From positions 1-64,000 of the forward strand of contig JAXMNT010000012.1 of assembly GCA_034670305.1 (NCBI GenBank): 64,000 bases of DNA, written 5' to 3'. Both the position numbers and the translations under genes were made by a program. The notes below the pieces were generated by a model. The model worked only from the letters and a program-made list of their open reading frames with translations, ran no database searches and was not told the origin of the DNA. Source of the DNA: Deltaproteobacteria bacterium (GTDB lineage: Bacteria; Myxococcota_A; Polyangia; Polyangiales; Houyiibacteriaceae). This document shows positions 47,675 to 56,699 of the stretch, piece after piece; position 1 is the stretch's first letter; each line of letters opens with the position of its first letter.

Positions 47675-48205
47675 TCAGTCGAGCCGGCGCTGTTCTTCCT
47701 CGAACCGGCGGATCAGCTCTTCGGGAGAAGGCGGGTTCTGGGGGACCGGCGGCAACTCGTAGATCTCGACGCGGGTGCCTTCGGTGCGGGGGCGCGGATG
47801 GATGGCGACGTCCATGCGCACGACCCCGCCCTGGACGCCTTGAGGCACTGCGTTCTCGTAGGTCGCGCCGCCGGACCGCTGGGTCACATGGCCGGTGAGG
47901 AGCCGTGGGCCGAAGTACCGAAGCACCTTCGTGATCGGAACCTCCGTGACGTAGGCGTGGCGTCGTTCGCCCCGCACGTCTTGCTCCTCCAGACCCCGCG
48001 GCAGCGTGAGCCCTGCGACCACCACATCGGATTCGCGGAGGTTGCCTTCTTCGTCGTACAGCGCGTCCGGGTCCTCGGCGTACGGCACCGGCGCCGGAAG
48101 CGCCTCGATGTGCTCCTGCCCCGCCGTCACCTCACCACCGCATGCCGTCCCTACCAGCAAGCACACCCAAAGAGTCGAGGTTCGACGAATCACCGATCGC
48201 GTCAT
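47675..48205 (-). CDS. hypothetical lipoprotein
   Basis: ATG at 48205; GTAC lipobox. The ORF-track extension upstream runs into repeat copy C. Confidence 0.75.
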   Translation of the reverse strand: MTRSVIRRTSTLWVCLLVGTACGGEVTAGQEHIEALPAPVPYAEDPDALYDEEGNLRESDVVVAGLTLPRGLEEQDVRGERRHAYVTEVPITKVLRYFGPRLLTGHVTQRSGGATYENAVPQGVQGGVVRMDVAIHPRPRTEGTRVEIYELPPVPQNPPSPEELIRRFEEEQRRLD

Positions 48206-48249
48206 GATCACAGGGTACGCGTCACCACACCCTGTGCATCTCAAAAATC

Positions 48250-48519
48250 TAGGGCCGCCAGTCCCGCGAAGCGGGACAGGCCCGAATCGCCCCAAGTGGG
48301 AGGGTGACAAGTGCCGCGAGCCTGCGCAGCCCGCAGGGCGAGCAACTGGCGAGCTCACCAAGTGTTCACAGAGCGCCTCAAGGAGCGCCTGGACGCGCGC
48401 AGCCGCCCAATGGATCCCAGTGCTTGTTCAATGCACCTGAGTCATGGGCGGCGAGCACGTGCAGGCAGCGACGGGCGCGAATTAGGGCCGCCAGTCCCGC
48501 GAAGCGGGCCAGGCCCGTA
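48250..48519 (-). repeat. ~270-bp structured intergenic element, copy C (reverse orientation)
   Basis: Plus-strand direct repeats tagggccgccagtcccgcgaagcggg.caggcccg at 48250 and 48483; its reverse complement shares attcgcgcccgtcgctgcctgcacgtgctcgccgcc and ggcggctgcgcgcgtccaggcgctcc with copy A. Confidence 0.9.
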
Positions 48520-48530
48520 TCGCCAGCAAG

Positions 48531-51500
48531 TCAGTCGATGTTGCCGGCCCAGCCTTGCACCTGGGTGTAGGCGATCGGCGCCGGAAGGTTGCGGCTGAAC
48601 TCGGCGATGGAGGCACCGGACGCGGCCGTGCCGCCACCGCTGACCTGCGCGACGAGCTGGTAGTCGCCCACGTTCGAGTCCTGCACCCGCATGAAGCGGC
48701 GGCTGCCCACGTACGGGTCGGTCTCGGAGACTTCGTTGAGCTGCGAACAGCTCGGACGCTGCGTCACGGCCACACCCAGAACGATCTGGTTGTCGAGCGG
48801 CGATGTGGCGCGCACGTAGGTGCCGCTGTCGGCCGGGATCTCGAGGCCACCCTCCGGGAGGGTCGTGCCGGACTCGGAGTCGATGTACTCGACGCCCCAG
48901 ATGCGGCTGTCGCCGTAAGAGCAGGCGTTGAGCGGATCACTCGTCGAACGGAAGGTCGCGAAGTAGGCCTTCGCGTTGAAGAGCTCCAGCGGGCCGGTGA
49001 CCTGCTCACCGAGCTCCAGCGGGATCTCCCAGTTGAGCGTCGCGTCGACGGTCTGGATGCCACCGCTCGCGTTGTACTCGAGGTCTTCCGACATGGAGAC
49101 GACGCGGTTCTGACGCAGCTGGTCGAGCGCGTCCACGTTGCCGGTGGCCTGGAGCACGACGACCTGGCCCTGGCTGTCGGTCGACACGACGGGCGGGAAG
49201 TGTCCGGGCTGGCCGACGGTCGCGGTGCCGTTCCAGTACATGTCGTGGAACGGGTTGGCGTCCCACTCGTCCGGTCGCGACGACGAGAGATCGATGCGCC
49301 ACATGACGCCGTCTTCGTCGGTCGTGAACGCGCGGGTCGCGATGGTGCCGACGTCGCCGGTGAACATCGAGATGCCGCCGGTCAGGGGCGCGTTGAACGC
49401 CCGGTCGTCGAGTTGGCTGATGACCTCACCGGTCGCGATGTCGAGGAAGTAGAGGCGGCGTCCTTCCGAACTCCAGCAGCGCAGACGGTCACGCGCGGTG
49501 GTGGTGCCATCGGTGATCGGCGCCATGCCCTTGCCTCGGCTGAGGCAACCGTTTGGTTCGGTGTAGGTCCCATCGGGGCGCGCTACGGCCACGCCACCAC
49601 AGGTCACCGACGACATGTCTTCGCCGGCGCCGCCAGGGAGAAGCGCGAGCGCGATCTCCTGGAGGTTGCCCGCGTCGTCTTCCGCAAGGACCTGGCCCAC
49701 GCCCGGCACGCCGTACGACTCGCCCATCTGATCGTGGCTCATCTGCCACAGGAACTGCGGGTCGATCGGGTCGGTGACGTCGAGCGCCAAGTAGGCCGAG
49801 CCGCCCCCACGAAGACCGAACATCAGGACGGTGTGGTAGTCGTTGCCGTTGGCGGAGTCGCCGGGACGGCGGCGGAAGTAGACGTCTTTGACGACGGGCG
49901 TGCCGTCGACCATCCACTGGTGGCTGACCTGGGCGGCCGCGAGCTTCGGGAGAAGAATCGGCGGCACGAAGCCCCAGAGTTCCTCACCCGCGGTGTAGGA
50001 ACGACCCGCGTACGGGCCGGCCGTGATGGTGATGTCCTCCGCGATGAACGCGTGCATGATGCCGTCGTTCGATCCGACGTAGACGACCTTGGGCCGGTTC
50101 GCGACCTCGGGCCGGCGGCGGAAGAGGTTGAAGGACTCGTCCGGCTTGTCCTGGCTCGGCGCGGCCACGACGACCGGGGACGAGTGGTAGATGTCGCCGA
50201 GCTTGGCGTCGGGGCGCAGCGCGCCGTGAACCCAGTCGATGACCGCGGTGCGTGCAGCCGACGTGGAGACGCCGAGGACCGCGCGGTCGAGCAACGCGTT
50301 GGAGGTCGAGAACTGCTGCATGCGCAGGCCGCGCTCCACCGGGGTGGGCGCGCTCGTGGTCGGCCGGTAGCCCGTGTTGCGGTCGGTCTCGGTTCCGCCG
50401 AGGCCCGAGCGCGTGCAGGTGTCGCCACCCACGCCCGCGCCGTCTCCGCCTCGACCACTCGCGTCGCCGCCGAGGGACGACGAACCCGTCGCACCCACGA
50501 GGTGGCCGCGCGCGTTCGAACGCGTCGCCGGCACCACGGTCAAGAGGTTCCGGGGCGTCGGGCGGGTGTTGAGGAGGACGTGGAAACGGTCGCGGTCTTC
50601 CACGGCCTGCTCTTCCGGGTTGAGGTCGGCGCTGCACTCGTAGCGGCGACGCTCGAGCACACCGCGCCAGGGATCGCTCGGAAGCGAGGGAAGCTGGAAC
50701 CCGGTGTTGAACTGGGACTGACCCTGAGACGACGCGCCGGGCGCCGCGTTCGCGAAGGCCGGCACGGTGCGGGTCGTGGTGCCCGGGGCCGCGCGGTCCA
50801 GGATGTCGGAGAACGCGCGACGCAGCGCCGCGGTGTCGTCGGTGCGGGGGTCGGAGTCCACGAGGTAGGCGCAGTTGCCACCGGCCACGGCGCAGGTGCC
50901 GCCCGCTTCCGCGATCGAGTTGAGCTCGCCGATCGCCTGGGTGTCCGGCACGTCGAAGCCGACGACATACAGACCGTCGATGAGGCCGTTGCAGTTGCCG
51001 GAGCCGGCGTCGTAGTCACAGAGGGTGCGCGCGATGTCCTGCGAACGGTCGTACGGACACTCCGATCCGGGCGTGTCGCAGTTGTAGGGCGCGCCACGCG
51101 CGTCCGAGTTGGGGTAGCCGTCCGTGAGGAGGATGGCGTAGCGGTCGCGGCACGAGGCGAAGGGGTCACCGACCCCACCGGCGGCGGCGATCTGCGCCAC
51201 GTCGGGGTGGGTGTTGAGGTAGTAGTCGAAGTCGCTGAGCATGCCGGCGATCGGCGTGGGCCCGAACGGACGCGCGCGAAGCAGCGTGTCCTGCACGCGG
51301 TTGTTGATCACGAGCGCGTCCGAGACGACATCGTCACCGACCGAGACGAGCGTTCCGCCCACGCTGAACTCGAGCTGCGCGCCGTTGTCGATCATGTAGT
51401 CGGTGAGACACCCCGGGAAGGTGAAGCGTCGCGCGCCGCCGTAGGAGTAGCCGCCCTGGCCCGACTCCGACCGGCTGCGGTAGTCCGCGTCCCAGCTCGA

Positions 51501-52010
51501 GGCTTCCACGAGGAAGGGATCGGGCTGAAGCGTCGACACGCCGTCGAAGGTCATCAGGCCGAACTTGATGCGCTCCTGGTAGCTGTCCAGGATGCCGTCG
51601 TCCGCCTGCCGAATGTCTCCCCGAAAGACGCCGCCGCCCGCGCGGGTCTGTCCGGGATGGAGGTAGTGATCGATGTAGTAGCGGTAGTCCGGCTCACCGG
51701 CGTAGCCCGCGCCCGCGCGGCTCTCCGCAAGGCAGTCCCAGGCCTCCCAGCTTCCGGTCAGCGCCTGAAGCACCGTGGCCCAGCGGTTCTGCTGACCGGC
51801 GCGACACACCGGCTCGCACTCGACGCACGTGGGCGTCGAACACACGCAGCTCCCGCGGCGCTGCATCGACCCGGAGGAGTCGACGAGCAGCATCACGACC
51901 GGCCGGATGTTTCGAACATCTGGGGCTTGAGCGCTTGCCGTGGTCCCACCGACGAGCGGTGCGGCCACGAGGGCGAGGGCGAATAGAGTCTGGCGAAGTG
52001 GACGGTACAT
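48531..52010 (-). CDS. pilY1: type IV pilus tip adhesin PilY1 (vWA plus beta-propeller)
   Basis: Signal peptide; MIDAS DSSGS, TPIA, LLTDG; LGDIYHSSP, YVGSNDG.MHAF, GEELWGFVP, VDGTP, GLRGGG..Y.ALDVTDP; last gene of the minor pilin operon. Confidence 0.92.
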   Translation of the reverse strand: MYRPLRQTLFALALVAAPLVGGTTASAQAPDVRNIRPVVMLLVDSSGSMQRRGSCVCSTPTCVECEPVCRAGQQNRWATVLQALTGSWEAWDCLAESRAGAGYAGEPDYRYYIDHYLHPGQTRAGGGVFRGDIRQADDGILDSYQERIKFGLMTFDGVSTLQPDPFLVEASSWDADYRSRSESGQGGYSYGGARRFTFPGCLTDYMIDNGAQLEFSVGGTLVSVGDDVVSDALVINNRVQDTLLRARPFGPTPIAGMLSDFDYYLNTHPDVAQIAAAGGVGDPFASCRDRYAILLTDGYPNSDARGAPYNCDTPGSECPYDRSQDIARTLCDYDAGSGNCNGLIDGLYVVGFDVPDTQAIGELNSIAEAGGTCAVAGGNCAYLVDSDPRTDDTAALRRAFSDILDRAAPGTTTRTVPAFANAAPGASSQGQSQFNTGFQLPSLPSDPWRGVLERRRYECSADLNPEEQAVEDRDRFHVLLNTRPTPRNLLTVVPATRSNARGHLVGATGSSSLGGDASGRGGDGAGVGGDTCTRSGLGGTETDRNTGYRPTTSAPTPVERGLRMQQFSTSNALLDRAVLGVSTSAARTAVIDWVHGALRPDAKLGDIYHSSPVVVAAPSQDKPDESFNLFRRRPEVANRPKVVYVGSNDGIMHAFIAEDITITAGPYAGRSYTAGEELWGFVPPILLPKLAAAQVSHQWMVDGTPVVKDVYFRRRPGDSANGNDYHTVLMFGLRGGGSAYLALDVTDPIDPQFLWQMSHDQMGESYGVPGVGQVLAEDDAGNLQEIALALLPGGAGEDMSSVTCGGVAVARPDGTYTEPNGCLSRGKGMAPITDGTTTARDRLRCWSSEGRRLYFLDIATGEVISQLDDRAFNAPLTGGISMFTGDVGTIATRAFTTDEDGVMWRIDLSSSRPDEWDANPFHDMYWNGTATVGQPGHFPPVVSTDSQGQVVVLQATGNVDALDQLRQNRVVSMSEDLEYNASGGIQTVDATLNWEIPLELGEQVTGPLELFNAKAYFATFRSTSDPLNACSYGDSRIWGVEYIDSESGTTLPEGGLEIPADSGTYVRATSPLDNQIVLGVAVTQRPSCSQLNEVSETDPYVGSRRFMRVQDSNVGDYQLVAQVSGGGTAASGASIAEFSRNLPAPIAYTQVQGWAGNID

Positions 52011-52036
52011 CGTTCGTTTCCTGGGGAACTGACTGA

Positions 52037-52681
52037 CTAGAGCGAATACGGACCAGAGAGACCGCGGGCACGGGCATCGCTGGCCCCCTCGTAAAAGGGG
52101 CGGGTGTCGGCGACGGTGGTGGTGTCGCTGGGGAGCTGCAATCGGCCGCGGGATGTGTAGGTGGCGCCGATGAACTGAAGACGGCCGTAGCCATCGGAAC
52201 GGTAGCCGGCGAGCACGCCGGGGTAGGTGTGGTCGTCGTAGATGTCGACGAGGACCTGGGGCTGGTAGATCTGGCGGGAGCCCACCGCGGACTCCTGGTC
52301 GACCACCTGGACGGGGCCGATGTTGAAGTCGGTCGCGTAGAGACGGTAGGCGTGCCGGTCGATCGCGACGTTCCGCTCGAGCGGCTCCATGTCGAGACGC
52401 TGGCTCGCGTTCTCCGAAGACTGAAGCGCTTCTTCGAGCGCCTTCGGTCCACGGAAATCCACCCACGCCATCGCCGCGACCAGGCCGCTCTCGCCAACCT
52501 TCTGGGACTGCATCTGCATGCGGTAGTAGCCGGCGGCGCGGATCTCGGTGGTCGTGGAACGGACCGCGAAGACCGCGAGCGCGGTGGTCGTGAGAATGAC
52601 GAGCATCACGATGAGAAGGACGGCGCCTTCTTCGCGTTTGGATCCATGGAGTCGGAGAGCGTTCGTGTTCATGGGGGTCAT
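52037..52681 (-). CDS. pilX: PilX-like minor pilin
   Basis: EEGAVLLIVMLVIL (no Glu5) ... GESGL; position between pilW and pilY1. Confidence 0.82.
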   Translation of the reverse strand: MTPMNTNALRLHGSKREEGAVLLIVMLVILTTTALAVFAVRSTTTEIRAAGYYRMQMQSQKVGESGLVAAMAWVDFRGPKALEEALQSSENASQRLDMEPLERNVAIDRHAYRLYATDFNIGPVQVVDQESAVGSRQIYQPQVLVDIYDDHTYPGVLAGYRSDGYGRLQFIGATYTSRGRLQLPSDTTTVADTRPFYEGASDARARGLSGPYSL

Positions 52682-53862
52682 GGGCGGAGGTTCCTTCCCG
52701 CAAAGTTGGGGAGCAGGACCTCCGCGCTGGCGGTCCGCACACGGGCGGCACCAGCGACGGCGGGGTTCACTTGGTAACGGGTGAGCGGCAGGCCAGCGAC
52801 CGGGGCCACGAACGGGAACCGGATGTCCTGGTTGGCCGTGCGGGCCGAGACGGTGACCGCCACGGTGCGCACGTGGTGCGGCCGGATGGCGATCTCGTCC
52901 TGCGCCGGACGGCCGGTGCGGAAGTTGAAGTTGACGGGGTCGCCGTCGTTGATCGCGTCGTCGAACACGAACCCGTAGTCGACGTTGGCGACGTACTCGA
53001 GCACCACGCGGGTCGTGCCCGCGATCGGGTTGTCGTTGTTGAAGTTGAGCTCTCGTCGGACCAGCACCGAGGGCACTCGGCCAGTCGCGAGTTCGACCGC
53101 GGCCGGGCTCGCAGAACGGATGGCGACGAGCTCCGGATCGACGCGCGGATCGACGACCGCGTACTCGATGCGCGACATCGGCGCGACGAGCGCGCCGCCG
53201 CCGAGGCCAGCGAGGCACGCACCACCCACCGCCACACCGGGCGTGAAGTCGACCGCGCCGTTGGTCGGGTCGCTGCCCGTGATGGTGACGAAGAAATGGT
53301 TCCCCTGCTGGGTCGTGATGTGAAGCATGCGACCCGGGGTGAAGACCTCGCGGAACGCATCCGCCGAGAAGTCCACGCCGACCACGCCGAAGTCGCGGCG
53401 AAAGGCCTGCCACTCGCGCTGCATGAAGAGGCGGTTGCCGGTCGCGGCAAACGTCCGGACGAAGTAGGCGTCGCTCGACGCGTAGTTGCCGGAGAGGCGA
53501 AGCCGGTCGGCGTTGACCTGGTTCACGGCCGCGTTCGGCAGCACCGCGTTGTCCATCGCGTCGATGAACTCGATGCCCTGCACTTCTTGAGGCGGCGTGA
53601 AGCAGCGTCGCTCCGCGCGGCTGTTCGGGGTGCCGAAGAAGCCGGCCCGCGAGATGTCCCGTCGCAGCATGCCCATCGCCATGCGGACGCTCATCTGCGT
53701 CTGCGCGATGCGCTGCTGATCCTGGAAGTGCCGGGAGGAGGAGCTGCCGAGGTAGTAGATGCCGGTGATCGCGAGGAATCCCGCGGTCAACGCCACCATC
53801 ATCTCCAGCAGGGTGAACCCGGCCCTGGACCGACTGTGTGCGCGCTGGTCGTGTGTGTTCAC
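52678..53862 (-). CDS. pilW: PilW-like minor pilin
   Basis: AGFTLLEMMVAL prepilin motif; R.AM..L.RDI..AGF; GTG start overlaps the pilV stop. Confidence 0.87.
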   Translation of the reverse strand: MNTHDQRAHSRSRAGFTLLEMMVALTAGFLAITGIYYLGSSSSRHFQDQQRIAQTQMSVRMAMGMLRRDISRAGFFGTPNSRAERRCFTPPQEVQGIEFIDAMDNAVLPNAAVNQVNADRLRLSGNYASSDAYFVRTFAATGNRLFMQREWQAFRRDFGVVGVDFSADAFREVFTPGRMLHITTQQGNHFFVTITGSDPTNGAVDFTPGVAVGGACLAGLGGGALVAPMSRIEYAVVDPRVDPELVAIRSASPAAVELATGRVPSVLVRRELNFNNDNPIAGTTRVVLEYVANVDYGFVFDDAINDGDPVNFNFRTGRPAQDEIAIRPHHVRTVAVTVSARTANQDIRFPFVAPVAGLPLTRYQVNPAVAGAARVRTASAEVLLPNFAGRNLRP

Positions 53863-54440
53863 AGCGGGCTCCAGCGGATGAGGGTGGAGGCGTGCACGGT
53901 GCGCAGATCCGGACCGGTGATGGCCGCGGTGACGTCGGCTTCGGTGCCCACCCCGCAGTTGGCGATGAGGGCGCGGCTGTTGCCTTCGCGCTTGTGGTAG
54001 TAGGTCCGCACGTCGGCCCGGATGACCTCGCCGACGATCGCCCAAGAGAGCCGGGTGTGGGTGCAGTAGACGCGCGGCCGAACGGCGCCGTCGGTGTCGA
54101 AGCCCTGCCAGTCCGCGCCCGGTTGTTCTGCTGCAACGGCGACCGGCGGGGTGCGCCACGTGGAGTCGATGTTCTGGAGGTACAGGGTGTTGATCCGGTT
54201 GGCCGGCGTGGCGCCCTGGGTGTTCCAGCGGAGCGCGTCGCGCTGCATGCGCTCGAGCCACACATGGGAGCGTTCGGTCGCGACCGAGAGCTGCCGGGCT
54301 TCTTTGTTGCCGCGGGTGGTCGCGCCGTGAAGCGAGAAGATGCCGAGCGCGCCGACCGAGATGACGATCAGCGAGATCATGACCTCGATGAGCGTGAACC
54401 CCTGCGTGCGCTGGCGGGTGCTGAGGCGTGCGCGGGTCAT
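53859..54440 (-). CDS. pilV: PilV-like minor pilin
   Basis: QGFTLIEVMISL.VISVG.LG prepilin motif. Confidence 0.87.
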   Translation of the reverse strand: MTRARLSTRQRTQGFTLIEVMISLIVISVGALGIFSLHGATTRGNKEARQLSVATERSHVWLERMQRDALRWNTQGATPANRINTLYLQNIDSTWRTPPVAVAAEQPGADWQGFDTDGAVRPRVYCTHTRLSWAIVGEVIRADVRTYYHKREGNSRALIANCGVGTEADVTAAITGPDLRTVHASTLIRWSPL

Positions 54441-55084
54441 CGGAGCAACCTCGCGTCGCCGCCGAGCGGGATGACCACGCGGCGGATGACCCCTTCGGTG
54501 CCTCCGTCGCGCAAGACTTCGAAGACCACGCCGCCCTGCAGGTTGCCTTCCGGCCCCGCGAGGTTGCGGTCCGAGAAGCGAGGCAAGCCCGAGCGCCAGA
54601 GCACCCGGCCGGAGGGTTCGAAGCAGAGGTCGACGTCCGAGCCCGCCCGCGCCTGCCAACGGGCCGTCACGACGTTGCCGCTCGAGGAGCTGTCCGCCAT
54701 GCGCAACTGGGCGCGACAGGTCGCCGTCACGCAGCCACCGCCCGAGATCGCGGCCCAGTTCACCGCGTTGCAGCGGTTGTTGGTGCCGCGGTGCAGGGTG
54801 AACTCCTGGGCGCCGTCGTCCCACGAGAACATGTGGGCTCGGCCGTAGCCGACCGCTTCGCTTCGGCCGCGCCGAGCGATGCTGACGATGTCGAGGGCGG
54901 TTTCGTTGGTTTTCCGTTCCGCCAGCGAATCCGCGATGGAAGGCGCTGCCAGCCCAGCCACGATGCCGACGAGCGCCACCACCACCATGAGCTCGATGAG
55001 GGTGAAGGCCGCAACCCGACGAATCCGGTTCGAAACGCAGTCGTTCGGGCGGGGGGTCGCAGGTGTTTGGGGAAAATGGGCCAT
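54437..55084 (-). CDS. fimU: FimT/FimU-like minor pilin
   Basis: AFTLIELMVVVALVGIVAGLAAPS ... R.RSEAV ... F.PSG; first gene of the cluster; start approximate. Confidence 0.82.
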   Translation of the reverse strand: MAHFPQTPATPRPNDCVSNRIRRVAAFTLIELMVVVALVGIVAGLAAPSIADSLAERKTNETALDIVSIARRGRSEAVGYGRAHMFSWDDGAQEFTLHRGTNNRCNAVNWAAISGGGCVTATCRAQLRMADSSSSGNVVTARWQARAGSDVDLCFEPSGRVLWRSGLPRFSDRNLAGPEGNLQGGVVFEVLRDGGTEGVIRRVVIPLGGDARLLR

Positions 55085-55100
55085 GGGCCGGGTCTGCTGA

Positions 55101-55116
55101 TGCAATGCATGTGCCC
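55101..55116 (-). promoter_or_regulatory. putative sigma54 (-24/-12) promoter of the minor pilin operon
   Basis: Minus strand reads GGGCACATGCATTGCA: GG-N10-GC with GGCAC...TTGCA consensus, inside an AT-richer intergenic region. Confidence 0.65.
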
Positions 55117-55278
55117 CGGTGGTCTGTGGCCCCAAGTATCTGGGATCATTGATCATATGGATCTCACTGTGGGTGGCTGGGCCCGCACCGAATGCACCGG
55201 TGCGAAAACTTTTCCCAGCTGGCTCCGATCCTATGCAAGTGCGCGAAATCCCGCGAGTTCTGATCTTTCTTCCGGGCG

Positions 55279-56076
55279 TCACACCAAGCGGGCGGAGCCT
55301 GCATACAGGTTGGCGCGGCCGCTCCGGGCGAAGCCGAGCAGCACGAGACCGGTCTTGGTAGCCAGGTCGATGGCGAGCGAACTCGGGCCCGAGACCGCCA
55401 CCACCGCGTCGAGCCCCGCGACCACGGCCTTCTGGACGATCTCGAAGCCAGCCCGCGCGCTGACCACCAGGATCGACGCGCTGGCCAGGTGGCCGTCCAG
55501 CAGCGCACGGCCGATCGCCTTGTCGACCGCGTTGTGCCGACCGACGTCCTCAGCGCCGGCGATGGGCTGGCCGTTGGCGTCGAGCAGGACCGCGGCGTGG
55601 ATGGCGCCGGTGCGGGGGAAACTCTTCTGCCAGGCCTGCAGATGATCGGGCGCGGCGAGCAGGTGCGTCTTCGAGACCGGCCCTTCGCCGACCCGGGATC
55701 GCAGGAGAAGATCGTCGATCTGGGCCCGGCCGCAGACCCCGCAGGCGGAGTTCATCACGGTCCGGCGCGTCTCGGGTGCGAAGACGTGGCCCGGTCCCGG
55801 CCGCACGTCGAGGGTGTCGCCCCGGTCGGGATCTTCGGGGTCGGGCGGACAGCGGACGATCGCGCTCACGTCGGCCGCCGACGCGATCAACCCTTCCGCG
55901 AGCAGCAGGCCAGCGACCAATGCTTCGTCTTCGCCGGGGGTGCGCATGGTCGTGAGCCAAGGCTCGGACGCGAGGGTGATCGCGAGCGGCTCCTCGACCA
56001 CGACTTCGTCCAGGGTGGGTTCGGAGCACCCGTCGGCCGTGAGCCGATGGATGGTGCGGTTGGCGATGCCACGCAT
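55279..56076 (-). CDS. fdhD: formate dehydrogenase accessory sulfurtransferase FdhD
   Basis: EEPL.I, TMRTPG.D..L..G.L..EG, SACGVCG, TGAIHAA, EDVGRHNAVDK.IG, SGPSSLA. Confidence 0.95.
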   Translation of the reverse strand: MRGIANRTIHRLTADGCSEPTLDEVVVEEPLAITLASEPWLTTMRTPGEDEALVAGLLLAEGLIASAADVSAIVRCPPDPEDPDRGDTLDVRPGPGHVFAPETRRTVMNSACGVCGRAQIDDLLLRSRVGEGPVSKTHLLAAPDHLQAWQKSFPRTGAIHAAVLLDANGQPIAGAEDVGRHNAVDKAIGRALLDGHLASASILVVSARAGFEIVQKAVVAGLDAVVAVSGPSSLAIDLATKTGLVLLGFARSGRANLYAGSARLV

Positions 56077-56262
56077 GCGTGGGCGGAGTATACGCGCGCG
56101 GAAGGCTCTGGGCCGGCGCAGGGGAATGGGCGGGAAGGAAGATTCCTGTCCTGATCGCGGAACTTGGAAGGCGTGGGCTTGTCGAACCCGGCCTCGGTTC
56201 GACACCATGAAGGTGCCGATCTCGGCGACCCCCCCCCATGAACGACGAAGTCACTGCCAAAG

Positions 56263-56625
56263 AAGACGCGGACGCGGACGCGGGAGCGGACGCGGTGGTG
56301 GAAGCGGGAGCGGAAGCGGTGGTGGGAGCGGGAGCGGTGGTGGTAGCGGAAGCGGACGCGGTAGCGGTGGCGGAAACGGACCCGGTAGCGGGAGCGGAAG
56401 CGGAAGCGGAAGCGGTAGCGGTAGCGGAAGCGGAAGCCGACTCCGAAGCCGACTCCGAAGCCGAAGCAGAAGCCGATGCCGAAGCAGAAGCCGACTCCGA
56501 AGCCGTAGCCGACTCCGACTCCGAAGCCGATGCCGACTCCGACTCCGACTCCGAAGCCGATGCCGACTCCGATGCCGACTCCGATGCCGACTCCGACTCC
56601 GACTCCGACTCCAAAGCAGAAGCCG
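56263..56625 (+). repeat. low-complexity hexamer tract (gcgga[a/c]/gcggta then [g/t]ccga[a/c/t])
   Basis: ~60 degenerate 6-bp units; open in frame with the downstream gene as AE/AD/SD dipeptides. Confidence 0.85.
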
Positions 56626-56635
56626 GAACCACACA

Positions 56636-56668
56636 GGGCAAGGGCAGGGGCAAGGGCAGGGGCAAGGG
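56636..56668 (+). repeat. GGGCAN hexamer tract
   Basis: gggcaa gggcag gggcaa gggcag gggcaa ggg. Confidence 0.8.
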
Positions 56669-56699
56669 ATTCCGTAGTCAGGGTGGGGAAGATCCCGAG

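Noticed and set aside
48555-51986. 1143-aa plus-strand ORF and similar long antisense ORFs across the window
   Set aside because: Typical stop-poor antisense frames of high-GC genes, with no motifs.
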